Positions 32,158 through 43,263 are shown, counted from the first letter of the stretch. The stretch: DNA of 64,000 bases from Histomonas meleagridis 2922-C6/04-290x (GCA_020184695.1 JAANOX010000111.1:182596-246595), one strand, 5' to 3'. A program made the numbers and translations. The notes: generated from the sequence alone by a model not told the origin.

Positions 32158-32737
32158 ATCATATCATACCATTTATTCATTCATTCATTTGTTTATAAAT
32201 TGTCAACCATCCAACTTATAATTGGATCAACATTAGTCCGTTTTTTAGCTGAAGCACAAAAAAGTTGAACTTGACGACTTTCAACTTCTTGAAGTCGAAG
32301 GCGTGAAATAATTTCATGTGATTTCATAGATTCTGGTAAATCTTCTTTGTTGGCTATAACAAGAATAGGAATATCAATGATTTCTTGATCATTAAGAAGT
32401 GATTCAAGTTGAACTTCACTTCGTTCAACTGCTTCTTGATCTGCAGAATCTAAAACATAAAGAATAACATCTGACGTCTTACAATATAAACTCCACAAAT
32501 ATTGATAAGATTGATCTCCTCCAATATCATAAACTACAAGATCAACATTACCAATACTCGTAGTAGATGAACGTGCTCCAATAGTAGGTGTAATTGGTGC
32601 TTCTGTATCTTCTTTAGAAATGGCTCGAACTAACGTAGATTTCCCTGCATTTGGAAGTCCAACAATTGTAACTGTTAATTCTTTAGAAAAGAAAAGGCTT
32701 AAAAGCCAACGCCAAAATCTTTTAAAAATGTTCATGT
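32158..32737 (-). repeat. Direct repeat, copy 2
   Basis: See copy 1. Confidence 0.95.
32193..32735 (-). CDS. ARL8: Arl8-like small GTPase, copy 2 (identical protein)
   Basis: Same 180-aa translation as copy 1. Confidence 0.9.
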   Translation of the reverse strand: MNIFKRFWRWLLSLFFSKELTVTIVGLPNAGKSTLVRAISKEDTEAPITPTIGARSSTTSIGNVDLVVYDIGGDQSYQYLWSLYCKTSDVILYVLDSADQEAVERSEVQLESLLNDQEIIDIPILVIANKEDLPESMKSHEIISRLRLQEVESRQVQLFCASAKKRTNVDPIISWMVDNL

Positions 32738-32906
32738 TTCCTTTTACTTAGTTCCAATGTCAAATCAAGTAAAAAATAAACAATTCAATTTCCCAGAAAA
32801 CACAAAAGTGACAAAAGATGGCATTTGGTCTCTTTCGATTTGAAATCCATTTTAGACAATGAATTTCGATCAACTTCTTAAAAAAAATATTCATTTAAAA
32901 AAACAT

Positions 32907-33779
32907 TTATTTGTATTTCCTCCATTGATGTAATATGCGACTTAATCTTCCAACATGAATATTTTCTTGTAAGACCCCATTTGTGTTATTTTTTTCAGGG
33001 CAATATTCAGGTACTGTTAGTTTTCCATTAATTACCAGATGTGCTGAATATTGGGGAAAAAGGATTGGATCGTTGAGAAGATCGATTAATGGAGTGCCTT
33101 CCTTAGAGTGAAGTCTGCGAATTTCTTTGTTCTTCGGAAGAAGCCTTTCAAAAGCTTCATCGTCGAAAACCATCTGATCTGAATTTTGATCAGGAAGTGT
33201 CTGTGTGAAGTAAATTCGCCGCTTCGGAGCTGGCTGTGTTTGTTCCTGTTCTGGGTCTTCTTTAGATTCTTCAGATTTAATATTAGTTTTTTTCTCATTT
33301 TGTTCTTCTGTGTGTTCTTTGATTGAGGTTTCTTGTTGTGAGTGCTGGCGTTGAGGTTGTAATTGTGTTTGTTGGTTTTCTTCAGTTTTAATTTCAAAAT
33401 GATCAGGATAACGAGCAAGTTTAGATTCCTCAATTTGAACTGTTGTTGGCAATCCATTAAATTGGATTAGTACTTGATTGTTTGAAATTGTTTCAATAAC
33501 GACAGCATCATAAAACATTGTGGACCATTCTTTTTCTTCATCATCATACCAAAGAGCTAAAACCTTCTCTCCTGGGTTATATTTACCTAATGTTGATGGT
33601 GATTGAGTAACATGATCCTTGGATACTGTATATTTTTTATTTTCTTGTGATTCATCGTATTCATCACATACAACAAATTCTCCAGTTGGAAGAATTGATT
33701 CAATGCGTGTTAATATCCAAGCGTTTCCATCTTGATATGGAACATATGCAGCACAGAGTTGCCCTGGTTCAAGATTCAA
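32907..33779 (-). CDS. SGF29-like tandem Tudor protein; start codon uncertain (TTG/ACG)
   Basis: AWILTRIES...VVCDEYDE...KYTVSKDHV...GEKVLALW...STMFYDAVV matches the SGF29 Tudor pattern. Confidence 0.65.
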   Translation of the reverse strand: MNLEPGQLCAAYVPYQDGNAWILTRIESILPTGEFVVCDEYDESQENKKYTVSKDHVTQSPSTLGKYNPGEKVLALWYDDEEKEWSTMFYDAVVIETISNNQVLIQFNGLPTTVQIEESKLARYPDHFEIKTEENQQTQLQPQRQHSQQETSIKEHTEEQNEKKTNIKSEESKEDPEQEQTQPAPKRRIYFTQTLPDQNSDQMVFDDEAFERLLPKNKEIRRLHSKEGTPLIDLLNDPILFPQYSAHLVINGKLTVPEYCPEKNNTNGVLQENIHVGRLSRILHQWRKYK

Positions 33780-34008
33780 CGTAAATAAAGAGAATATTAC
33801 CCTTTAACCGTCGTTTTTACCCCTTTGAAACATGAAATTCTAAAACAAATTTTTTCCAATTATATCAAGATATAATGTGCTTAAAAGATTGAGCTAGCTC
33901 ATCTGCAAATGATTTTAGAGATGGCATTTTTTTCAAAAATAGATATATAAAAGATACATTTTAGTATAATGAGTTTTATTGGTTTCTATCAACAAAAAAC
34001 AATAGGAT

Positions 34009-34686
34009 TCAATCATTTGTAATAATTTTCATAATCCTTTTATCTTCAAGAGAATCAAAAACATATGTGTGACTTGGAAATCCACGCATATGTACACCTG
34101 TCCGAACAACGATTGCTTCAAATCCAAGCTCTATTGCTGATTTAGCGTCGTCTATTGTATCCCCTATGTGAACCATCTTCGAAAATTGTTTGATATTTTT
34201 TTCTTTCAAAGCTTTTTCGAGGGAAGATTCTATCGCAGACTTCTTACCAGTGAATGAAAATCCACAAATTTTGCTATCGAAGTATTTGGATAGTCCAACT
34301 CTTCGAAGTTTTTCCCATGCAACCAATTCATTATTTCCGGTTGAAATTCCTAATGTAATATTTTCCATGGAAGAAAGCTCTCTAAGTAATTTTTCTGCCC
34401 CTGGTAGTTGTTTTAGTTCACTTTTGACCTCAAAAAAGCATTTTTCGAAATTTTTTGAAAAAACATCAAAAAATTCTTTTGATGGTTCAATTCCATGAGA
34501 TTTTACAATTTCGTCAACTGTGTCTTTTTTCACAAATTTGTTTGTGTTATTTTTAATTTGATTTATTGATGTTTCGCCAATTGTACGTTTCATTGCTTGA
34601 ATAAAGAGACTTGGGTTTGGACCTGATTTTGCGTATTTTAGGAGTGTTCCATCTACATCAAATGAAACAAAAGTTTGTTTTTTCAT
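34009..34686 (-). CDS. HAD-superfamily hydrolase (phosphoglycolate phosphatase-like)
   Basis: FDVDGT (motif I), ISTGN (II), KK (III), HIGDTIDD (IV). Confidence 0.9.
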   Translation of the reverse strand: MKKQTFVSFDVDGTLLKYAKSGPNPSLFIQAMKRTIGETSINQIKNNTNKFVKKDTVDEIVKSHGIEPSKEFFDVFSKNFEKCFFEVKSELKQLPGAEKLLRELSSMENITLGISTGNNELVAWEKLRRVGLSKYFDSKICGFSFTGKKSAIESSLEKALKEKNIKQFSKMVHIGDTIDDAKSAIELGFEAIVVRTGVHMRGFPSHTYVFDSLEDKRIMKIITND

Positions 34687-35134
34687 GAAAGTTTGTTGTC
34701 ACTTTTATATTTTCTTCGAAATTCTTTTTTCTTCATTTCTCATTTATATAAATTGCATATAAAAAAATTATAGTAAATAATTGTTCGTAGAATTTAAGAG
34801 GGCACAAAAAATCTGGTTTTTGTTTTAATCACAATATTTTTTAGTTAAAAAATTTGATATCCATCCTTAAGATGTTGACCGTTTACAATTTCAAACAGTT
34901 ATGGAGGACGTTTATTTTTATTTTTGACGTTTATAAATGATCATGAAACTTTTTTATTCATTTTCTTCTAAATGAAAAGAAATAATGAATTATATACATT
35001 AAAATCTCTTCAAAACACTATTTCGAGCATGATCAAAAACAGTGTTATGCATGGTGATCAAAAAATAATATGTCTTTTCCATATTCTTTTAAGATTACTC
35101 TTTGCAAGTTTGTGCATTACTCTTTTGTTTCTAA

Positions 35135-35990
35135 AATGAAAGACTTTGATTTTTTTTTTAGTTTCTGAAAGCTGTTGAAATTAAGGAATTAAAAAAATGT
35201 GAATGCAAATTTTTGATGTTTTTTCTTGGTTCTCTTAAAACTAAAGAATCAGATTATCTTCTTGAAAAGCTCTATAAACAAAATATCATTAGCTCTGAGT
35301 TGCTTAAGCAAAAAGAATCATTGTACTTTGTCCATTTTAAATCTTTAGACTGAATAAAAAATTAGGGAGGTAATAATATATTTCGTTTTAATGATAAATA
35401 TCAATTTCTTTAGGATGTTTTTATGATCCAAACAAAAAATACTGTTAAAGAACTTTCAAAAAATGATTGGGTGCTTCATAAGAACTTAATTATTGAAGGA
35501 ATTATTCCAAATGATTTTGCAAAAATAATTCAAAATGATGAAATAGTAAAACTTCACGAAATTTCATCACTCGAAGATTTTGATTTTATCCATTTTATTC
35601 ATTCTCCACTTTATGAGAGATGTGATTTTATTAACCCATATCATGTTAAACTTATTAAATATGCTGCATTTTTTGGATCAATTAAATGTTTTGAATATTT
35701 ACTTGTTAATGGTTCGGATATAAAAAATATAGGCAAATATGCAATTGCAAGTTCATTTATGTAAACAAAATTATTCATCATTTTTAGGTGATCTTGAGGC
35801 TGAGATTGAATTTCATTGGAATGATATTTTTTGTTATTATCTTTGATAGTAAAATAATAAAAATTTATGGTTTAGAAGAATTAAGAAAAAAATGTGCTCT
35901 ATATATAATTATGAAATTTTATTATTCTTGATTGAAGAAGGCACGAAAATATATGATAATATAATTAAATTAGCAGAATTTTTTTTTTTG
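35135..35990 (+). pseudogene. Degraded DUF3447/ankyrin-family gene
   Basis: Fragment LIKYAAFFGSIKCFEYLLVNG...KYAI (35423-35764) amid stops and frame breaks. Boundaries approximate. Confidence 0.65.
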
Positions 35991-35999
35991 AATTAAAAT

Positions 36000-36185
36000 C
36001 TTGATGATCATCAATTTGTTGTCTTCTTTGAAATCTGGTGTAAATGGATCATCATCAATGTTCCCAATATTCATTACTGCTCCATTTGTATCTTATGTTT
36101 TAGCAATATATGTTTCTTCTTTATATACATATTCATTAGTTTTTTGTTTTTGTTTTGATTAAAAACAATTACAATAATGGTCTAA
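36000..36185 (-). pseudogene. Remnant TM segment and cytosolic tail of a surface-protein gene
   Basis: Reads TIIVIVFNQNK...YKEETYIAKT*DTNGAVMNIGNIDDDPFTPDFKED; a DDPF..DF.E acidic tail is typical of trichomonad membrane proteins as I recall. Confidence 0.35.
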
Positions 36186-37111
36186 AATTTGGAAAAAATA
36201 CTAATGCAAAATGAATTAGTAATAATTTTATTAGCATTGTATTTCATCAACAAAATGAAGAATATTTATTTGCAAAATTTACCCATCTTTGATATATCAA
36301 AGTCTTATTGGGAATGAAAATTATTATTCAGATGAATATATTAATGTCATTTTATAGTGTACTGTTCAAGCACATTTGTTATCCAAAATGAAATGGAAAT
36401 AAAACAATTGAAATATCAAATTTATTTCAAGTATAAGATCATGACAGTTTTATTAATGTATTTTTATAATTTATATAAAAGTATTGGAAATTTGATTTTG
36501 GGGTTATATATAGGAATTTTATGATGACACGAAATGAATCAAATTTTTAACACTTTTGATAATAGTCATTTTATTACATTACAATATGTATTGTTATTAA
36601 TATACCGAATATCTGGTTTTAATGTTCCAATTGTTTTGTAATTTTTATCTATTACTTTTGTATTTCTGTTAAATACTATGTTATTATTTTTATAATTATT
36701 CTCTGTATTACAAATTCATGAATAAAAAATGATGAATTTCTCAATTTTTCAGTAAAAAAAATAAACAAAATTTGGTCCATCAAATTCTTTCACTAACACA
36801 AACATCAACTCAATAAAATTCATTTTTATTTAATAAATAAATAATCATCCCCATTTACTTCTCCAACGTAAACACAATAAAAAACTGATGGAGACTACTT
36901 TTGATCGTTTTTAACAGAAATACCATTCAAAAAGTTGAATTTGGTGTTACGTTATTTTGCTGTAAATAATTCAAACATTCTTAAAGAATAGAAAATTTCT
37001 GAGACGTTTCTCTCTTTATATAACGTCAAGTTCAAACCGACGGTTGTTGGCTGGCAAACTTTGTTGAACCAGTTTTTCTGATAAACCTCAGGTTCATTTC
37101 ACTACTTATAT

Positions 37112-37537
37112 ATGCAGCCTTCGCGTATTAAAACAGGCCGTCCGAAGTTTCACATTCGTGCTCGGTATATCAAGTATGACAATGAGATATATGAACTTGA
37201 TCCTAAAGGAAAGTTAATCAAAACTGACCAAATTCAACCTCAGCATATTTGTTCTAATCCGCCAAACAATGATATTAAACAAAACCTTCCAGTATCTGAT
37301 ACTTTAGAAGAACAACCCAAACTTAATCCAGAAGTATTTATTGAAAATAATTTTTCTTATTATAATGAATTCTATCAGAAACCTTCAGAAGAATTTAACT
37401 ACTATAATTCTTTTGGACTTAATCCGTCAGAAATAATTATTGACACTTCTAATGATTGTAATTATGAATTAGACCCATTTTTTGATCCGCTAAATGATAT
37501 CGATTATTCACACTTAACATTTGGTGAAGACCTCTAA
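37112..37537 (+). CDS. Hypothetical protein with basic RARYIK..NEIYELDxxG N-terminal motif and acidic Asn/Tyr/Phe-rich tail
   Basis: ATG ORF with TCATTT/TCACT Inr-like motifs upstream. Confidence 0.75.
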   Translation: MQPSRIKTGRPKFHIRARYIKYDNEIYELDPKGKLIKTDQIQPQHICSNPPNNDIKQNLPVSDTLEEQPKLNPEVFIENNFSYYNEFYQKPSEEFNYYNSFGLNPSEIIIDTSNDCNYELDPFFDPLNDIDYSHLTFGEDL

Positions 37538-38652
37538 TTTTATTCAATTATCTTATGATAATTTTTATTTAACCACTTAATTATGTGGTGTATTTTTTAA
37601 CCCATTAATGTATGGGGAAAAATAACTAAAATAATTTAAAAATTATACCCATTAATATATGGGAAAAAAATAAAATATACCCTTTGGTATAAAGGTGTAT
37701 GAAAGTATTCAAGTCCATAACATGGACTTAATATAAAAATATAAACATCAGCAAAACATTCAATCTTTGAGTAAAAACTGATTTACTTAAATCTAATATT
37801 TTTTTTATAAAGAAATGAGAACCAGGAAGATAATAACATCAGTTTTCTTAAAGAAGATAATAATTTACATTTCATTCTGTTATCAAGAAATTATGAATTT
37901 CCTGTGAACAAATTATTTTTAATTAAGCGAAAGAAAATCTTTGATCACCAATTCATCAAACAATGAATTTATTATATATAAATTTTCCAATTTCATTATT
38001 ATAATTTGGTATATCAAACATTTTATTCACAAAATGAAACTAATGATATTATATATTTAATATCTAAAGATAATTCATAGTAAAGTAGAAGAAACCAACT
38101 TTTGATGAATTTTAATGTTTATATAAAAATATATTTAAACTAGACTGGCCCAAAATGACCGATTTAAATTCTTTTAATATGATATACTTCATGTTAAAAT
38201 GTAATACCAAATGAAATTAAAAAAAAATGCTTACAACGAAGAAGTAATTTAAAAACATGAACTACAGTTGTAAATAATAGAAACGATACCCCAAAATGGT
38301 CTTATTATAGAAACACTTTTTTTAAATCTTTCATAATGCAATAATTTAAAGTAATTACATCTGTTCCATGCACATTTTTTGATATCAGCAAAAGAAATAT
38401 TTTTCCGGAGATTTTTGTCTCATCCTTTATGTACGTCGTTTCCTATAACTTACCACAATAACATAAATATACTAAAAATATATTATAGTTAATACATAAG
38501 ACAGATTTTATATTATGTGATTTTTATTTTGGCTTATCGCTTCGACCAAAGGAACATAAAAGAACTGAAATTCCAAATTTCGACGATCATAATGAATACA
38601 AAACGGAGTAAATTATTCAAAAAATTGAAAGACCATATTTTGGTCGTGCAAA

Positions 38653-39345
38653 ATGACTGGAAGCTGTGGAACTGCAGATGTTTTAATTTGGAATTTAATT
38701 AAAGACAATAATTGTAGGTATAGTGCTAAAACAGAGTTTCAAATATTTTGTAGAAACCCTGAAAACGTTACTGGTTTATGTGACAGAAAATCATGCCCAT
38801 TAGCAAACTCACAATATGCAACAACACGTCTAGAAGGTGGTAAAATTTACCTTACAATTAAAACACCTGAAAGAGTTCATATGCCAAACAGAACATGGCA
38901 AAAAATTGAACTTCCTGAAGATAAACTTAAGGCATTTGACATAATCAATGACCACCTCCAGTATTGGGATAAGTGGTTGATTGAAAAGGTACAACAGAGA
39001 TATATTCGTATTGTTGAAACTCTCGAGAGAATGCGTGAAATGAGAAAAGCTCCAAAAGTTAAAGCACTGCCAATCAAAAAACGTGTTGAAAAGCGTAATG
39101 CATCTCGTGAAAAGAGGGCTTTAAGCGTTGCTCATATTGAATACAGAGTGAAAGAAGAATTATTACAAAGACTTCGTGAAGGTGTCTATGGTGAGATTTA
39201 CAACCTCGAAGAAGATGCATTCAATGAAGCTCTTGATGAGTACGAGGAACCTCCTGTTGAATTTGTTGATGAGTCTGACTTCGACATCGAAGAATACGAT
39301 GATGAAGAAGACGAAAAAGAAGATGCTCAATTAGAAATGGCATAG
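38653..39345 (+). CDS. MAK16: 60S biogenesis factor MAK16
   Basis: FCRNPENVTGLCDRKSCPLANSQYAT, KTPERVHMP, REKRALSVAHIE, ELLQRLREGVYG; acidic tail. Confidence 0.96.
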   Translation: MTGSCGTADVLIWNLIKDNNCRYSAKTEFQIFCRNPENVTGLCDRKSCPLANSQYATTRLEGGKIYLTIKTPERVHMPNRTWQKIELPEDKLKAFDIINDHLQYWDKWLIEKVQQRYIRIVETLERMREMRKAPKVKALPIKKRVEKRNASREKRALSVAHIEYRVKEELLQRLREGVYGEIYNLEEDAFNEALDEYEEPPVEFVDESDFDIEEYDDEEDEKEDAQLEMA

Positions 39346-39455
39346 GTTGCATATTTGAATATAAAAAATTAAAGATTAATGTAAGCTCCAATTTGTTCCA
39401 TTTTGCATTTTTTTATATTGTAAACTATTCAATGCAAAGAACGTTTATTTTTGCA

Positions 39456-40229
39456 ATGAGCGAAGATAAAACTGAAATAGCTCTCGATATACTTCGTCAT
39501 GTTCCTCCAAATGAAACTCGTACAAATCTACTAAATATTATTTCTTTGTCACCACAACTTGCTGATACATTATTATCAACCGTTGATACTCCATTTTCAG
39601 TTGAATATGATCCAATTGCTAAAAAACAATTTATCAAATGCGAATATAATCGAGATTTTGATTCTTATAGATCACCATATACAAATAAATATTTCCCAGA
39701 ATTATCAGATGGTTATATTCCAAATCAAAGGCTTCTAGAAATTGAATCTCGTTCAAACCATGGTTTCCAAAAATACAAAGAAATGTATTATGGGAAAGAT
39801 AGCGTTTTATCTGTTTATTGTTGGGAAAATGAATCAAATGAAATTTGCATAGGAATATTTATACACAAAGGATTAGAAGGTGAACTTGATGATTATTCTG
39901 AAGTTAATGGATTTATTGACAATTCCGATATAATTACAATTCGAAATTTCAGTGATGGATTATTCATTTATTCAACTAATTCTTCTTCAATTCTTTCACT
40001 TGAAGTTGAAATCGATAGGGAATCCGAACCATTTAATATATCAGGAACATTTTCTGATCATTACGAAGAAAGAAAATATGCGCAAGATGACATATCACAT
40101 CTTGTAAATATTGGGGAAATCCTCGAAAGAAGATCTCCAGTGTACTATGAGAGAATAAGAGATGTATGTAAAACAAAAATGAAATCAATTCTTCAGAGAA
40201 CAAAAACAAAAAAAGATCCGTATTTGTAA
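39456..40229 (+). CDS. CAPZB: F-actin capping protein beta subunit (start 39456 or 39432)
   Basis: ALDILRHVPP, LLSTVDTP, CEYNRDFDSYRSPYTNKY, YYG...SVYCW, HLVNIGEILE. Confidence 0.92.
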   Translation: MSEDKTEIALDILRHVPPNETRTNLLNIISLSPQLADTLLSTVDTPFSVEYDPIAKKQFIKCEYNRDFDSYRSPYTNKYFPELSDGYIPNQRLLEIESRSNHGFQKYKEMYYGKDSVLSVYCWENESNEICIGIFIHKGLEGELDDYSEVNGFIDNSDIITIRNFSDGLFIYSTNSSSILSLEVEIDRESEPFNISGTFSDHYEERKYAQDDISHLVNIGEILERRSPVYYERIRDVCKTKMKSILQRTKTKKDPYL

Positions 40230-41577
40230 AATAATTTTAAAAATGATTTTAGAAATAAACAATGTCATAAGTTCCACTTTATTTTCAAGTATTTAAATTG
40301 TTGAATTAATGTTTTATATTCATTATGCCATAGTTCTACTAAAACATATTTTAAAAATCCAAATTTTTATATATGATCATGTCATAAAGTTTTCTTTCAT
40401 AATGCGTCAACAAAACCGAATTTATGTCCAATGAAGATGAAACTTGGAAAGAATAATATTATCTTGATGCATCAAGGTGACAAATGTAAAGAATTAGATA
40501 ATTTATCAGTAGCAATAATGCTTGCTGAGAATGGTGTATGTAAATCTTAAAATAGAATACATATTGTTTTTGATTCAAGCTTGGCAGCGTTGATCTACAT
40601 AAGCGTCAAGCATAAACACCCTCAGCATAATTCGGGTATTCTTCCCTCAGTACGTAGAAAATATGGTAGCTAAAGATCACATTTTGTTTGATGTTGTACT
40701 GAATAAATTCTCCAGCTGTAATATCACATTTGCTTCAAGAACTTTAATATGAATCTTGTTAAGAAGTTATGTGCTAAGTCGTCTATAAAGATTACAGTCT
40801 TCATTTGAAAAGAATGTAATATGTTGTTCATTGGTTTATAAACACAAGCGTGTACTATCTTCTTATTAATGATTATTTTCAGACATTTCTTAATATAAGA
40901 AATTTCTTCAGCAAATGAGCATCTTAAACAATTTTATTGGTATATTCATGTAAGCCATATGGTAAAAAAATAAAGAAAAAAAGTTTATTAATGTAAAACA
41001 TTGTATAACTTACAGTATCATAAGTTAATAATATTTATTACGTTTGTTTATATATAACCTACAAAAAAATTCCTCTGGGAAAGTCACTAAGTAAATTGAT
41101 TCTTGATTTCTTTTTAAGATATGTCTAAAAATCTAAAATGTTTAAAAAATAGTCACAGTGACTAGCCGATAGTAAAATTGACTTGTAATTGTACATCGAG
41201 CGATTGTTTTCTATTCAATTTTTGAATTGATAGAAGCTTCTATTGTTGAGCTGACGTTAGCAGAACTGTAATGCACAAGTGATTATTAAATTCAAATTAT
41301 AATCAAACAATAAGATTCGTTGTTTAACAGATTGGGTCTGGTTAAAATCAAGAAATTTTTTAAAAAAAATCATTTTCAAAATGGAGATGTTTTAATAATG
41401 CAATTCAATGTGAACTTGGCCGAAAAATTTGAATGATCACCGATTTTTCTTTTACGGTGCCGATGTGTGGCTTGAAATGAATGGACGATAGATTTTTCAA
41501 AATATGACTAAGAAAAAATTGTAAAGAGAATTGAATTTTACCCAAACGTTTGGGTAAATATCACCTCATTATCAAAG

Positions 41578-43263
41578 ATGCCGAAAGATTCAGCAATGGG
41601 CATTGATTTAATCAATGAAGACCCACAAGCTAAGAACAAACAGAGAAAAACTCGAATTCTTATTGCTTGTATTTTAATTGCTATTGTTTTAATTATTATA
41701 ATCGCTGTTGTTCTTGTATTTGTTCTTAAGGATAAACAAGAACTATCTGCCAAAGTTGAAACTCTTGAATTTACTTTACCCACCAATGGTGGTATTGAGT
41801 CTGCAACTTATCTATATTCAGGAAGAATACTTGTACATTATCACATAAATGGTACTTCTGAAAATTACCTTGCTGTAATGGATGACGATGGAAAGAACTG
41901 GCAAGAAATATGGCATGGCTCAGGAATTCATTATAAAGCAAATGGATTTAGAATTATGCCTTTTACAGACAACAAACGTATTTTACTTGGTGATTACATT
42001 CTTGAATGTAGTCCTAGCATTGATAATTGTACGAAATCTGAAGCAATCCTTGTTGTATATCCTGAATTAATTGTTAACGATCCTCGAGTTTTTCTTGTAT
42101 GGTCTGAGTGTATTATTTCTCAAGATGGTAATTACATTGCATGGTCAACTCTTGGTACACCATTCGGATCAATTAATTTCCTTGGCAAAATAACTCGTGG
42201 AGAAAATAACTACACATTCTCTAACGTCAAAATCATTAGCAACTCCGAGTTCTTCAAAGTAGAGGGAGAACAACTAGTTCCAATTGTAATCCGTGGAGGC
42301 GAAATTAAACAATTTTGCAAAGGTGGAACCGGCGTAACGGTCGCCGGATCAACAAACACTGGAATTGCGAAGTCAATATTCCAAGATCTCGCTTCTGAGC
42401 GTGTTACGCCATTATCCCATGAGATTGGCTATGATGAAACCACCATTTTGTCACCTGATGAAAATCTTGGAATTACAATGAGCACACGAAATTCACCTAA
42501 CACCAACTTTGCAATCCTTGGATTAGTTCCAGTTCCTAATGACGTCATTGTTACATCCACCATGAATCGATATGTATATACATTTGCGATCACAAATGTT
42601 CGCAATGGTAAACATCGCGGAAATGTTGGACCAGTGTTAACAAAAATCATGCACTCCATTGAAGATGAAAACTATCATGGCATAGCACTTCATGATCCAT
42701 CTAATAATTGGACATTTTGTTCACCAATTTCATGGCATCCAAGTAGTACTAAAGCGCTTTGGCTTGAAATTGGTAATTGTGGCGAAACTAAAGGAATTCG
42801 ACGAATCCGTAAAGCACAAATTATTGGTCATACAGCACAAGAACCAGTTGCAACAAAGCCAACACCAGAGAACATATCATATGCACTCGATTTACAAGAG
42901 TTCACTAACATGTCAAATATGACATTTTCAGGAAAAGTCATCGGAAAGAACAGCGGAAGTATTTACATACAAAGAAACGCAACATATGCATATGCCAATT
43001 ATGATAATTATAGCGATGATGGAAATGTGTTTTATAATGGCGAAATGTACTTCACGCAAACAAGTGATTATGGAGGAAAACTAGTGTCAAAAGTTAATGG
43101 AACGAAGACTGATGGCTCGACTGAAAGCGTAATGGACTTCAGGCTGACGTTCTCTTCCGGAAGCGACTTACTGTTTGATGCAGATGTGGACGGCAAGCCG
43201 AAAAGTTATGGATACGCGACATATAAAGACAGAACAATTAACGTGGATACATATAAGGATTAA
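41578..43263 (+). CDS. Type II membrane protein with beta-propeller ectodomain, saponin-hydrolase-like
   Basis: One TM helix near aa 28-50; GGEIKQF..GG, GYDETTILSPDE, W.FCSPISWHP resemble my recollection of fungal saponin hydrolase-like proteins. Confidence 0.55.
   Translation: MPKDSAMGIDLINEDPQAKNKQRKTRILIACILIAIVLIIIIAVVLVFVLKDKQELSAKVETLEFTLPTNGGIESATYLYSGRILVHYHINGTSENYLAVMDDDGKNWQEIWHGSGIHYKANGFRIMPFTDNKRILLGDYILECSPSIDNCTKSEAILVVYPELIVNDPRVFLVWSECIISQDGNYIAWSTLGTPFGSINFLGKITRGENNYTFSNVKIISNSEFFKVEGEQLVPIVIRGGEIKQFCKGGTGVTVAGSTNTGIAKSIFQDLASERVTPLSHEIGYDETTILSPDENLGITMSTRNSPNTNFAILGLVPVPNDVIVTSTMNRYVYTFAITNVRNGKHRGNVGPVLTKIMHSIEDENYHGIALHDPSNNWTFCSPISWHPSSTKALWLEIGNCGETKGIRRIRKAQIIGHTAQEPVATKPTPENISYALDLQEFTNMSNMTFSGKVIGKNSGSIYIQRNATYAYANYDNYSDDGNVFYNGEMYFTQTSDYGGKLVSKVNGTKTDGSTESVMDFRLTFSSGSDLLFDADVDGKPKSYGYATYKDRTINVDTYKD

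Noticed and set aside
14637-33806. Stop-codon reassignment (in-frame TAA in the cupin and upstream of SGF29)
   Set aside because: TAA is the normal terminator of most conserved genes here (RPL37, Arl8, importin), and long ORFs have no internal stops.
40400-40900. Slightly GC-richer, possibly degraded coding DNA
   Set aside because: No sustained frame or recognisable motif on either strand.
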